64,000 nucleotides of DNA. Origin: Ascidiella aspersa. Its lineage: Eukaryota. Below are positions 1-11,867 of the stretch, piece by piece. The notes beneath the pieces are model-generated. The model had not been told where the DNA came from, searched no databases, and saw nothing but the letters and a program-made list of their open reading frames with translations. Location: the NCBI GenBank assembly GCA_963924565.1, contig OZ004609.1, positions 37,262,001 to 37,326,000 of the forward strand. The letters are read 5' to 3'. Position numbers and translations under genes: made by a program. Every line of letters begins with the position of its first letter. Position 1 is the stretch's first letter.

Positions 1-3000
1 TTGGGGTCAACGACCTGCGCATAATTAGATCGCCCTCCTGAGTCAGGTCTTTATTGCACCAGCACACGTACCAGTGAGTTATTGCCGATTGTTACGTCTG
101 AAACGCCCGGAAATTGCAAAACCGCGCGACAAAATCGCGACGACGCGATTCCTTTGTTCTTTGGAGGCGTGACAATGCGAAGAGTTCGTGTCGGACCTCA
201 CCTGCAACAAACATTTGGTCGCTCTTGCTCTCACAGTGGATATAAGTGTGTTTCCGAGTTTCAAGGACCTTTCGTGTTTGTGAAGAGTCGAAGAAAGGTG
301 TTGCTGATATTAAAGGAACAGAATTAGTTTGAAACGCAGCAGAAAGCCTTAATATATTACTTTTAACTGAAAATTAAAATGAAAAAGTCAATTTTAAAAT
401 AGAACAGCTTACCAATTGCAAGCGTATTTGTTTGTTTTAGTGTTAAACAAATAGCATTAACTCTAATATAATTTTACTTGTCATTATACACTGGCAGTTT
501 TTATTTTTTTAGAGTTTTACTCCACACTCAAAGTGTTATGGATAGTCAAAAAAGAGTTGTATCCTATAAAATGTTACTTGAAGAGTATTAGTACGGATAT
601 TATTTTACAAACGTCTCCTTTGCTAAAGCGAAATTGTTACTGAAACGTTTTTTTAAAGGTGAAAAAAATACCTGTTTAAAAAGTTCCTAAAACTTAGATA
701 GGCACTTAAATACTTGCATATTATATATTTTAGCACCGACTTTTGCAAGAGTTAATGTCAGGGGTTTGAAAAAAATTGTGGACTTTTTCTCATTCAAACA
801 AATGTGAAACTAAAATAACGAAAACACGTCGAAATGCAATTAAGAAGATGGCAGCAAAGCGTTTTTCTATCAAACTTCCTTTTTTACGATTTCTTTCCAT
901 TTTTGAACTTATATATCAAGATTTCCGTATTCATGCCCCCTAAAACTGGTCCATGTACCCCCAAAGGGTACACAGGCCCTAGTAAAAGAACCCCCTGTAT
1001 AAATTCAGAAACCCCTGCGCAGTTGCGGCGCCAAATTGCCTGCAGACGAGGTCTGATAGAGGGTGGTTCCCCTTGTGCTGTATTTACACAGATCCCTGAT
1101 AAACCCGTATGCCTGGCGGTGGCGGGTTTTCTACAACAGCAAACAAACTGTCGTGTCTGGGTAAACATGGAGGTACGACCGACATCGTTAAATAGGTTAG
1201 GTGTGGAGAAATGACTTTTTAAACCACTTGCGTTAAGATGAAAGAACGCTAAGATTTTTACTTATAATACAACGAAAGATATTGGAGCCTAATGGTGGGA
1301 AGTTAGACGTAGTAGGAATGTAAAAGCCCATATAAAAGTATAAGTAGGGTTTTGTGAACGTTTGGAACACATCTTAAGATAATGGCTGGAGGTTGTAGTT
1401 AGACGTAAAATGAATATTAATCAAAACCCATACAGAAGTATAGGTAGCATTTTATGAATGTTCCAAATAACTCTTTATCCATTTATTTATTTTATGATGT
1501 TGAAAGATATTGAGACGTCTAGAAAATATTTAGAATTGAATTACGCTTGTGGTTTAGTTCTGCAAATATTGTGAAACATATATTTATAATTAAATATTCT
1601 TCTAAAAGCCAATTCAGAAATGGCAGTTCTAAGCAGGATTTTTATGCATCATTGTTTAATTTGTGGTATGCCGCCTCCGAAATTTCACAAATCTGAAAAT
1701 CGAAGCTTTTTGACCTTTTCAGCGTTTTTTGCCGATAAAGCTTTTGTACACTTTTTTACCTTTTCGTTTTCATGGAGATTTTTATCTTCATTTATTTTTT
1801 ATTGGTAATATTTTAAAGTGTTGTGTAAAAATTGCTGATCGTAAAGTTTTAAATTTAAGTTTGATAACATTAGTAGTCGCCTCAATAACCATGTTTAATT
1901 TACCCGGCGATTACAATTTTGCAGGTCTAACCAGTTTAGGGCTTTACGACCTGCCAAAATGTTTGTCGCCAGGATTATAATCGTCGCGTTCACCTTGATT
2001 GTGACGTCACAATTGGTTTCGTCGCAGAGCAGACGTCACAGTGAGTTCTGGAACTGTTACTTTGTTATTTGTTATTGTTTAAAATTTATCTTAAAGTAGT
2101 GTAATGTGTATTGTAAGACAAATAGTGTTTGATAATTATTAGTACGTTAGTACGTGATATTTAATAATATGTGATATCGAATACAAAGATGTTGAATTGT
2201 TTGTGATGTAAAACACATACCGAGTAGTGGCTTCACAATTTACGAGATTCGTTTCAAATGAGGGTTACAAAAAAATAGCTCGGCTGTTTATAAACGCTCG
2301 GTATGTTACACCTTGACACCATTCGTCACTTTTATAACCAGCAATTGACTTACTACCGGCTATCTCCTAATAAGGCGTTGTCTTATGACGTACATATTTA
2401 TGGCACAGTAACTCAAGAGACAAGAGAATTTTAATAATGTCGTTTGACACTTTACAGAAACCCTTAAGCAGCTTTTGGAACATACACCACGTCTATGTGC
2501 TCTAATATTGACCTGCATTTTAAAACCTTTTGAGGCCGATAGGCGACGAATGGCGTCTGTTTTTACTTTTTACAAATCTAGCCAAGCTCAGGGCTGAATT
2601 CAGGATTTTTTTGGGGGGATTGGGGTTAATACAACTTTTATGGATGACGTCACAAAGTTACGTTATGACGTGGCGTCAAAATTTTTCTTAAAAACACCTC
2701 TTTGTTTTCGAGCGAGCTCGTGCGCGAATTGAAGCGGGATGAAAAATAATCGAGCATTTCCATTAATTGAGTTTGTTTTAAATTGGGAAACTTTTAATTT
2801 AAATAATACGTGACAAATAAGGCAGATACAAGAGATATAAATATGCCCGAAATAACAACATTTATAGTTGAATTCACCCAAAACTGCACTAGATCGATTT
2901 ATGAGATGGCACGGTGCAACATGACTAGTCGATTATGTATGTTTGCGCCGTTGGGCAAAACATATTTCCTAAGTGCAAATATTTTTTTTTATTTTTTTAT

Positions 3001-4021
3001 ATAAAAGTGGCAAAAATATAGTTCAGGGTGGGGTCATGGCCTGGCGCCCCTCTCGGTTCGCCCTTGATCAATTGTACTCATTTACATTTTGATATTCGAT
3101 ACGGAATGACGTCAATACTATGGTCAAACAAGCAAAATAAAAATACACTGAAAATTTAAGAAGTTTAGTAACCTTCAGTTAACAACGATTGTTAAACTAG
3201 TAAATCTGCCGTTTTAAAAGTGAACATAAACCGCCGTGAGTTCGAGTTACTTTTCTAGCTTGATCTTGATTAAAACTTTCAATAAAACGCAAAACACTCA
3301 ATAAACGCATCAATTGCTTTACACAAGACACTGTGGTATTATCAGGATTGCCATACCGTGCTTATTTCTAAGATTTGTCCTTATTTTTTATTGCAGTGTC
3401 TTAGAAAGTACCAATGTGCTTATTTCTAAGAAACGTGCTTATTTTTGAGTTGTGTGCTCAGTTTGCCTTATTTTAGAATCCATTAAGCCTCAATATACTG
3501 TTTACCATTACGCAAGTTTGGTAAACCCTGGCAAAATATGTCACGGAAGTTTCGCTAATTCAACCAAACAAACTAATTTTTTTAGCTTTGCGCGTTTAAG
3601 CTGCTTTAAGGTTCATTTGGCGCAGAGAACAACAAGTGTTTTTGACAGAATTGGATTTGGGTGCCTCCCCCCAACGAAATCCTGGATTTATCCGAGTTAT
3701 TCAAAGCGTGCTTATTTTCTGGTCTTAGCAGATGGTAACCCTGGGTGTTACGTTCCGATTCTTCTCCCATACTACGAATGGCAACCATTAACTGACAATG
3801 GATAATTGAAAACTTGCAAGCGATGACTTAACACAAACTGTGGGCCGCGGACCAAACGTGGGCCGCAGAGCCTTTTTGAGTGGGCTGCGGATCAAATGTG
3901 GGCCACGGACCAAATGTGGGATGCAGAGCCTTTTTTAGTGGGCCGCGAGTCACTTTTGAATGTTTTAGTGTTATCATAGAGTTGTGGGCCGCGTGATAGC
4001 CCTACAATACATTTGTTGCAC

Positions 4022-4093
4022 ATAGCCGTACATTCATTTGCATTTTTAGCCGTACATTCATTTGCATTTTTAGCCGTACATTCATTTGCATTT
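4022..4093. repeat. 24-bp tandem repeat x3
   Basis: (tagccgtacattcatttgcatttt) x3. Confidence 0.9.
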
Positions 4094-5641
4094 AACAAGT
4101 AAAACTCATAGTTAAAAACATGACTAAAAACAGGATCAGACGTTTTGTTTAAAGGAAAATATATTTCGCCAAAGTGGCATCATCAGTTCCTGTAAGAGTA
4201 CAAATAAAAAAATAAAATCAGAGCGCAGCCATCAACAAACCAATAAGAGTAAACAATAAAATATTTCATTTGTTTTAAAAATACATGTGGCTTCGAATTT
4301 TTATATTGTCTCAGCGTGTTTCAGACTCATCGTGCCAAATGTGGTCCTGAGCAGCCCACCTGTCGAACTATATTTTTGGCCAGCTTTAATAATTTTACAT
4401 AAACGCAAAATTTTTTGGTACAAATATTCACCTGAATCCGCCACTGTTTCGTAGTGGTTTTACGTAGTGAGCTTTCAATAGCTCTGAAAAAAGTACTTTG
4501 GGCCGCCACAAAGAAGCTTGCTGACCACTGGCTTAACATGTCCAATGTAAACCCACACAAATAACCAAGGACCGCTGCTTCCCAGCCCACCCATATTCGA
4601 ATGATACAGTTAGTGTCTGAGGTTGTCTGGTTTCACAAGATCTTTGCATGGCGGCTAGCAATCCCGAAGGAATTGTAAAAAACAGCTGTTTCGACGCAGC
4701 TGGGCGAGCTGGAGAGATATGAATTGATGACTTAAGCGCAAATTTAGTACCACATGACCGTAATATACATGTTACGCGCGTGAGTGTTACGTTACAATCG
4801 AGTATCGGCTCCAATCCGATAAAATCAAACATCCTTACTTTTCAACAAACTCAAAACAAGTATAAGTGCCACAGGTCGCCTCTTCAGACCCCACCTAGTA
4901 TAAAATTCGGGAGTCCAACTTTGTCGGATCGTAGCCGACATTTGATGCAAAATGATGAATAAGCCCGTTTGTATGCACCTTTCGCGGGCAGATTAGATTA
5001 AAGCTCAATCCGGATTCAAAAGTAATCCGTTCCAGCATCGTAATTACATGGCGCGAAATTCAAACCAGCTTGAGTGTACAAACTGTTAAACGCAGTATTT
5101 TTCTACTATAAAAAATACCTGGTCAACAAATGTTTCCAGCTTTATTTTCAACAAGTTTTTTTTTCTTTAACTGTGGTAATGACAACATTTGGAATCAGAT
5201 TGGAAACCCGTATCCTGTATGTTAAACAAATAAGGTTCAGAACCGGGTGTTCTTCAATGTAAAGCAGCAAGTGATTTATACTCAACCGGATGTTATCTTT
5301 TGTTCATTTTAAGAAATATGAAAGGGTTAGACCACACAAAAATGTTACAAAGCAAGCGATTTTAGAAGTTAAGAGGAACTCAATATAACTTGTACTTTTT
5401 GCGTCATTTACCTGTGAAGAAATTTCCTATGTTTTTACACATTCAGTTTGCCACTTTCAAGCAACTTAAAATTACAAAATTCTATTTAAATCGGTAACCA
5501 TTTAGTTGTAGAAATGCAAAGCTCAAAATAGAAGTTGGAGCTGTTAAATGCTTTTGTATTATCTTTTATATTGATTCAGTTTCTAGCTACAACCTTAAAC
5601 CATTATGTTTCCAACGTTAAACATTATTTTAATTCACCCAG

Positions 5642-5893
5642 GAAACACGGAATGGTTCTCCATCCACCCAGCTCACATGCTCATGGCTCGAACACTCTTT
5701 AGGCTCAAGGGCGCCACCCCCGAGCAGTGCGCGACCAAATGCATCTCCATGAGGGGGCGCTGTTTGTCGTTCGACTTCCACAGAAGGACCGGATCGTGTT
5801 TCGGAAGGGCTCATGGTAATGACGTCATGCGAAGGGGTAACCGGCCCCACGTAAAGCGGAACCGAAACTATGATTTCTATGTTTCCTCCTGGG
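5642..5893 (+). CDS. Gene 1 exon (first identified): PAN/apple domain of a PAN-PTRY-FA58C multidomain protein
   Basis: Acceptor ..caccCAG|, donor G|GTAAGT, both phase 1. Encodes CATKCISMRGRCLSFDFHRRTGSC...NYDFY, which has PAN/apple Cys spacing. Upstream start exon not located. Confidence 0.85.
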
Positions 5894-6562
5894 GTAAGTA
5901 GAAATATTGTGAATTTATGTTTTTTAAGGGTTTTCGAAATGTTGGGAAGTTTTGTGTGATTTCGACTTTGTTGTTGGCGATTTAGTTAAAACACAAATTC
6001 ACTGACGAATATATGCATTCATACAATGACCATTCAGATCATATTTAGTCGATGTTGTATTTAAACTTACAATAAATATCTAAGCCCGTCCACAAAGAAG
6101 TAGGTAAAATTTAGTAAACGTTTTAATAAATCCCGACACTATGATTTCTATGTTTCAAGTCTAAATTTTGTAAAATTATGTTTTTTGAAGGGTTTTTGAA
6201 CGTTTAACAAAATGCAGCCTATTTCTATATGGGCCTTGATATCCCTTCTACGTACAATAACAATTTGATTCAATAAATTTTAATCAAGGTAGCAATTGGG
6301 GTAACCTAGTTTTCCAATACGTATGTAAACGTTTGTTCCAATTTATCTAAACCTGCTATTACGATCATTTATTCAGGATAACATGACTTCCACAAGTTGC
6401 AAATCTAAAGAACGGTTAAAATGCATAACGTTACAAATATGACATCACATTAAGCTGTGATATCACAACATTATGTAGAACAAAAAAAATCGCTTGGTTT
6501 TAAGGTTCAGTCAAAAAAAGAGGCCTGTTTTTTAAAACTTAGTTGCTTTTGTTTGGTCACAG

Positions 6563-6677
6563 ATCGAATCCACGCCGCGCTTAAAGGTCAAACTCCGGAC
6601 AATGTTCGAGACCGAATCACGACGACGCATTTACCCGCCACAAGACCAACCAGGCGTTTCCACGGATTTCCAACAAG
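6563..6677 (+). CDS. Gene 1 exon: linker (DRIHAALKGQTPDNVRDRITTTHLPATRPTRRFHGFPTR)
   Basis: Acceptor gtcacAG| phase 1 and donor AG|GTTAGA phase 2. These phases exactly bridge the phase-1 PAN exon and the phase-2 repeat exon. Confidence 0.75.
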
Positions 6678-6923
6678 GTTAGATTGTGACTATGATTTCT
6701 ATGCTATGCAGTGGTTTTCAAGCAGCGAAGATATTACAAGATGTCCGCTGGATTTCTTTAAATTCATTCGGCTCTCATTAAGTTTTATTTAAACCACTAC
6801 AGCTTATGTACATAATGGCTGCAGTTGGACGTAAAATGAATAATAAACTTTACAGCAGTTGTATACAACCTTGATAGAAAATCAACAAAGATTAAATCTT
6901 GCTGAATTTTACTGTTCTTATAG

Positions 6924-7252
6924 ACGTCCTAGACCTACTCAACCATACATAAGATACACCAGACCAACCAGACCATACACCAGACCAACCAGACCATACA
7001 CCAGATCAACAAGACCATACACCAGACCAACCAGACCATACACCAGACCAACCAGACCATACACCAGACCATACACCAGACCAACCAGACCAACCAGACC
7101 ATACACCAGACCAACCAGACCAGCAAGACCATACACGAGATATACCAGGCCTACTACCAAATACACCAGACCAACAATACCATATGTTAGACCAACCAGA
7201 CCAACGAGACCAACCAGACCAACGAGGCCAACAATACCAGCACCTACAGAAG
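6924..7252 (+). CDS. Gene 1 exon: Pro/Thr/Arg/Tyr repeat (YTRPTRP)n
   Basis: Acceptor cttatAG| phase 2, donor G|GTATGC phase 1. Open frame built from 9- and 12-bp modules with synonymous variation. Confidence 0.8.
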
Positions 7253-8021
7253 GTATGCCTATGTATTTTTCTATTCTTTAAATCAAGGTGAAGCCTTATA
7301 GGCGAAATATATATTTCTGTTAAAATTTATAAAATGATTTTATGTTTTATTTGTTTTTATAAACAGTTTAAGATTATTTAAATCAAGGTTAGTAATATAT
7401 TTCACGTACATATAAAAAGACAGTTTAAATACACCAGTAACATGGAAATAAACCCACAAAAAACTAAGAAATTGTCAACATTTTACGCTCAAGTGTTTGT
7501 ATGTAAAGCTTGCGCAAAGCAGTGCAGGAATTTAAATATGCCACTATAATAATCGACAGCATCTTGATTAAGACGATTCGATACAAGCTTGTATCATCTT
7601 CAGTTAATGTGACTGAGAAGCATTTCAAGCATCACTTATAAAAGATGAGACGCAATTGTTATCAGTCTGAGTTTCGAAAGTTGGGCCATTATTTAGCACC
7701 TTCAGGTCTTAACGCCTTAATTAAGATGATGTCGATCTACTCGACCTTTTGGGCTTTGCAATTTAATATCAAGCTACATTACAGATCCGTGCAAAGTGAA
7801 CCCACTATAATAATGAAGTGTAAATGTTGTTGAAGTAGTACTAAAATTTAACAAATTAGAAACTTGGTCAAAGTTTAGCTGAAATGACCGTAAGTTAAAA
7901 AATACATATAATTACAAAAAAACACAAAAAGTGGAAATTATTTTACAAGTTTGCAGCATAATCTGATTTTAGTTAGATCAGTAGAAATCCTCTATAGATG
8001 TAGGTAGCACTTTGTCAAAAT

Positions 8022-8302
8022 AAGTCCTAAATGTATCGGAATAAGGTCAAATTCATCGGAATAAGGCCTAAATTCATCGGAATAAGGCCTAAATTCATCA
8101 AAATAAGGCCTAAATTCATCGAAATAAGGCCTAAATTCATCGGAATAAGGCCTAAATTCATCGAAATAAGGCCTAAATCCATCGAAATAAGGCCTAAATT
8201 CAGCGGAATAAGGCCTAAATCCATCGAAATAAGTCCTAAATGTATCGGAATAAGGTCAAATTCATCGGAATAAGGCCTAAATTTATCGAAAGAAGGCCTA
8301 AA
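8022..8302. repeat. 21-bp minisatellite, about 13 copies (gene 1 intron)
   Basis: Unit aataaggcctaaattcatcg(g/a). Confidence 0.95.
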
Positions 8303-8501
8303 TAACCGCCGAACCTGTGGGCAGAGAGCATTTAGATCTTATTCCAACTGATATAGGACTTATTTCGATTTAGACGGTACTTATACGTATCAGTCGTATT
8401 TTGGCCTTATTCCAAATTGTGTTTTATTGTGACGTTGGTGTTGTTCTTGCTCCGGTCTTATGGCTGGAGTCCAAAAATGTCTATATCGGCTTAGCCTTAG
8501 A

Positions 8502-8844
8502 CCGGTGGTGGGCAACATTTTTTCTAGTGGCGGGCAAAACCAAACTTAGAAAGGTCACTGCAAGGCGTTAAATTTCAACTGTGTAGAGTTGTAGACTTGA
8601 CACATCTTTTTATACCAACCACAGCTACTGTTAATCAGGAACCAAACTAAGGTATTTTGTAACTAAAGGGTTCTAATTAATGCTACACTCGATGCAGGAA
8701 CATGATGTGCGCACATCTGAAACAAATTTTGCTTTTATGCAGTTGAAATAGCCAGAAAATATGAGGAATGGCCTCGTGCTCAGTTTGTAAAACAGGTCGC
8801 GGGCCGCATGATTTGCGTTAGCGGGCCGCATATGCCCACCCCTG
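8502..8844. mobile_element. hAT-like MITE
   Basis: cggtggtgggca...tgcccacccctg, gcgggccgca subterminal repeats, near-TSD ccttagac/cctttgac. Confidence 0.7.
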
Positions 8845-9182
8845 CCTTTGACATTTCCACGTTTGGGGACCGCTAAGCGAAACGTAGCGGTTTTATTTGG
8901 TTGAAACTTTTAATATTACAGTATTGAAATTTGATGTTTGAAACGAAACAAAAAGTATGACTGATTCGCTGGTTTTAAAATTTCAAAATTAGGGATAAAA
9001 TTTACAATCTTGGAAGAACACTTTGCTCTAACTAGCAAATAAACATGCTACTTGCACAAAACTCCTAGAGCTTTACGGCAATTAAAATATATTTTCCACA
9101 CCGTTTTTTTTTCATTTCCACTACGCTTTCATCGTCCGAGTAATCTAAATTTTTTCTAGAATTAATTTTAGTTGGTTTTCAG

Positions 9183-9328
9183 TTTGCAAAGTGCCTCTGC
9201 TTGAGCGCATCGACGATTCTCAGTTCAGTGCTTCGTCCCACTACTGGGATTACCAACCGAACCGAGCAAGACTAAATACAGACAGCGCCTGGATGGCAAA
9301 CGACAATAACGAGGAACAATATCTACAG
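9183..9328 (+). CDS. Gene 1 exon: F5/8 type C (discoidin) domain, N-terminal part
   Basis: ttttcAG| phase 1, CAG|GTAAAA phase 0. Translates VCKVPLLERIDDSQFSASSHYWDYQPNRARLNTDSAWMANDNNEEQYLQ (SASS, ARLN, AW, QYLQ motifs). Not in the ORF track. Confidence 0.9.
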
Positions 9329-9352
9329 GTAAAAATCTAGCAAAGCTATACA

Positions 9353-9500
9353 CAGTGTTGCTACTGTTTTCAAATGACTTAAGTCCAGGACTTAAATTAC
9401 TTAAATTGACTCAAGTATTTTGACCAAATTGTCTTAACATAAGTCTTTTGACTGAAAGTGCACTTGATTCAGGTCAATGACTTAAGTCATTGCAACACTG
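9353..9500. mobile_element. GACTT-rich MITE
   Basis: TIR cagtgttgc/gcaacactg with internal gactt repeats. Relatives at about 22170-22331, 50995-51172, 58310-58369. Confidence 0.65.
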
Positions 9501-9514
9501 GGTTCTAAACAGTC

Positions 9515-10063
9515 CATGACTTTACCTAAGGGTACTTAAGTCACTGTTTTTACATAATTTTACTTAAGGGTACTTAAGTTACTGTTTTTACATAATTTTA
9601 CCTAAGGGTACTTAAGTTACTGTTTTTACATAATTTTACCTAAGGATACTTAAGTTGCTGTTTTTACATGACTTTACCTAAGGTTACTTAAGTTACTGTT
9701 TTTACATAATTTTACCTAAGGGTACTTAAGTTACTGTTTTTACATGACTTTACCTAAGGTTACTTAAGTCACTGTTTTTACATGATTTTACCTAAGGGTA
9801 CTTAAGTTACTGTTTTTACATAATTTTACCTAAGGGTACTTAAGTTACTGTTTTTACATAATTTTACCTAGGGGTACTTAAGGTACTGTTTTTACATAAT
9901 TTTACCTAAGGGTACTTAAGTCACTGTTTTTACATAATTTTACCTAGGGGTACTTAAGTTACTGTTTTTACATAATTTTACCTAAGGGTACTTAAGTTAC
10001 TGTTTTTACATAATTTTACCTAAGGGTACTTAAGTCACTGTTTTTACATGACTTTACCTAAGG
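9515..10063. repeat. 38-bp minisatellite, about 14 copies (gene 1 intron)
   Basis: Unit cataattttacctaagggtacttaagttactgttttta. Confidence 0.95.
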
Positions 10064-10923
10064 CTTGTATGTGTATTAACAACAGAATCTGGCCCTCCAA
10101 CTGAACACATAATGCCGACGATAAAAGTTCTAAAATTTATTAATAAAAGCTTGAGAAGCGCACCGCTCCGAACAAAAATCAGTCTGTAATAGAATGACTT
10201 GACTTGGACTTTATTTCATTAAATATTGAAAAATTTTGTTATTTCCACAAATAGCGAACCGAGCTTATTTAATTTAAAACCAAAGACTTAAGTACACTTA
10301 AAATGTTTGAAAACACTCTATTAAATATTACATACGAATAAAGTTAAACCACTAATCATATAAATTTTAAATTTTAACTTGAACATCACCAAGTTTTATT
10401 TAAAGCCCATTTATAAAGTGTATTTAATTTAATAGCACAGACCTAATTGTATTGGAGCGGACTAATCTGAAAAACCAAAGCACTAGGAGCAATTGAGTGC
10501 AAAAATGCAGTTTGAAAGCGATGAATTTGTATAATGTCAAATAATTTTCTGCTTAATAAGAATATCAAAGCCTATACAGAAGTAGGTAATTACTTAGGTA
10601 TAGGCTTTGATATTCTTATTACGTCTTACTTCAACCTCCAACTAATATTTTAAGATTTATTCGAAAAGCACAAAATCTCCAGTGGCGCCGGAAGTAAAAT
10701 AAAAATAACCCCTATTTTGATAAGGATAAAAACATTATCATTCCCAATGATTTTAAAGTTTATTATGCAATGTTATATATTTAATTAACGCATTTAATTC
10801 TTTGTTCCCAATTGTGGCCAAAAAAACGTTCATAAAATTCTTCTGTATGGGCTTTGATTCTCTCATTACGTCTTACTACAACCTCCAGCATTTATGCTTC
10901 AAATTTTCTGCTTATTTGTACAG

Positions 10924-11082
10924 ATTAACCTCGGAAGGGAAATACCCCTTGTTGCGATTGGCACTCAGGGCTTCTACTACTTTTTTCGGGAAAACTTCGT
11001 GAAAACTTACACGGTTTCATATGACACCGTGATGTCCAACGGTCGCTTCACGTATTACGAGGAAGTGAAAGGAAAAAAGAAG
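10924..11082 (+). CDS. Gene 1 exon: F5/8 type C domain, middle part
   Basis: gtacAG|, AAG|GTTGGC, phase 0. INLGREIPLVAIGTQG...FVKTYTVSY matches the FA58C pattern. Confidence 0.9.
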
Positions 11083-11712
11083 GTTGGCCAGCATTTGAAT
11101 TACATCCTTTTAAAATCAATAAAAATAATATAAAGCCAGTGTTTTATCTTGCTACTTCAGGTAAGACTCCGTATCATAAATAGTAAAAACTTTTCTACCC
11201 AACTTTGAATAGTAGTCATTGTGGTTTCGCCATGTATCGTGTCTTAGGCATATCCTGGGTTTTTTGAACGTATATAACGTATAAATTGCAACAAATTTAA
11301 ATGCAATACAGCTTAAGCAATAGAAAGAAACAAGCATTTTTTGAACAACTATTTTTTATCTTTTTTAACTGAGGAAACTTTTGTAATCGAAAATTCCTAA
11401 CAAGATTTAAGTTAAGGAAAAATTGAAGACTGTTAGGCAAATCATTGGTTGTACCCTGTAGCAAAGCTCGCAACATTTAATTTCGGTATTTTTTTTTCAA
11501 TTATTTGCTTACCAACGTAAGCTATGCTACAACTATTGGAGTACGAAAGTAAAGTCGATTTTGTTTTGTTAAAAGTAAAATATTTCCAGATGTTTAGAAT
11601 GTTGCTCTTAAATATGCTATCATATCAGGTTGTGTTTTGAAAAACTTTTTCATTGCCATTATGCCTGCTTGGCAAACGGCCCTCATTTTTAAATCTTTTC
11701 ACATTGTTGCAG

Positions 11713-11853
11713 GTATTTCAAGGAAACACAGATGCATCGTCCGAAGTGATCAACTTCTTCAGAAAACCTCTCAGAGCGCGATCAATCCGCATTCACCCGA
11801 TCGCTAGCCAGAAGAACATCGTCTTACGGGTCGAACTTTACGCAGCCTGCTGA
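11713..11853 (+). CDS. Gene 1 last coding exon: F5/8 type C domain C-terminus
   Basis: ttgcAG|. VFQGNTDASSEVINFFRKPLRARSIRIHP...LRVELYAAC* carries the FxGN, ARxIRxxP and LRxELY motifs. Confidence 0.92.
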   Translation, partial: VFQGNTDASSEVINFFRKPLRARSIRIHPIASQKNIVLRVELYAAC

Positions 11854-11867
11854 GAACTGTACCGGTC

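Noticed and set aside
834-1214. 126-aa and 94-aa ORFs in a GC-richer patch
   Set aside because: No recognisable domain or splice pattern. More likely a SINE or other repeat fragment, which I could not classify.
6935-7166. Minus-strand hydrophobic ORFs (VWLVWC / LVGLVY)
   Set aside because: Antisense shadows of the PTRY repeat exon, whose + frame fits both splice phases.
8027-8273. ORFs of 65 and 80 aa
   Set aside because: Translations of the 21-bp minisatellite inside an intron.
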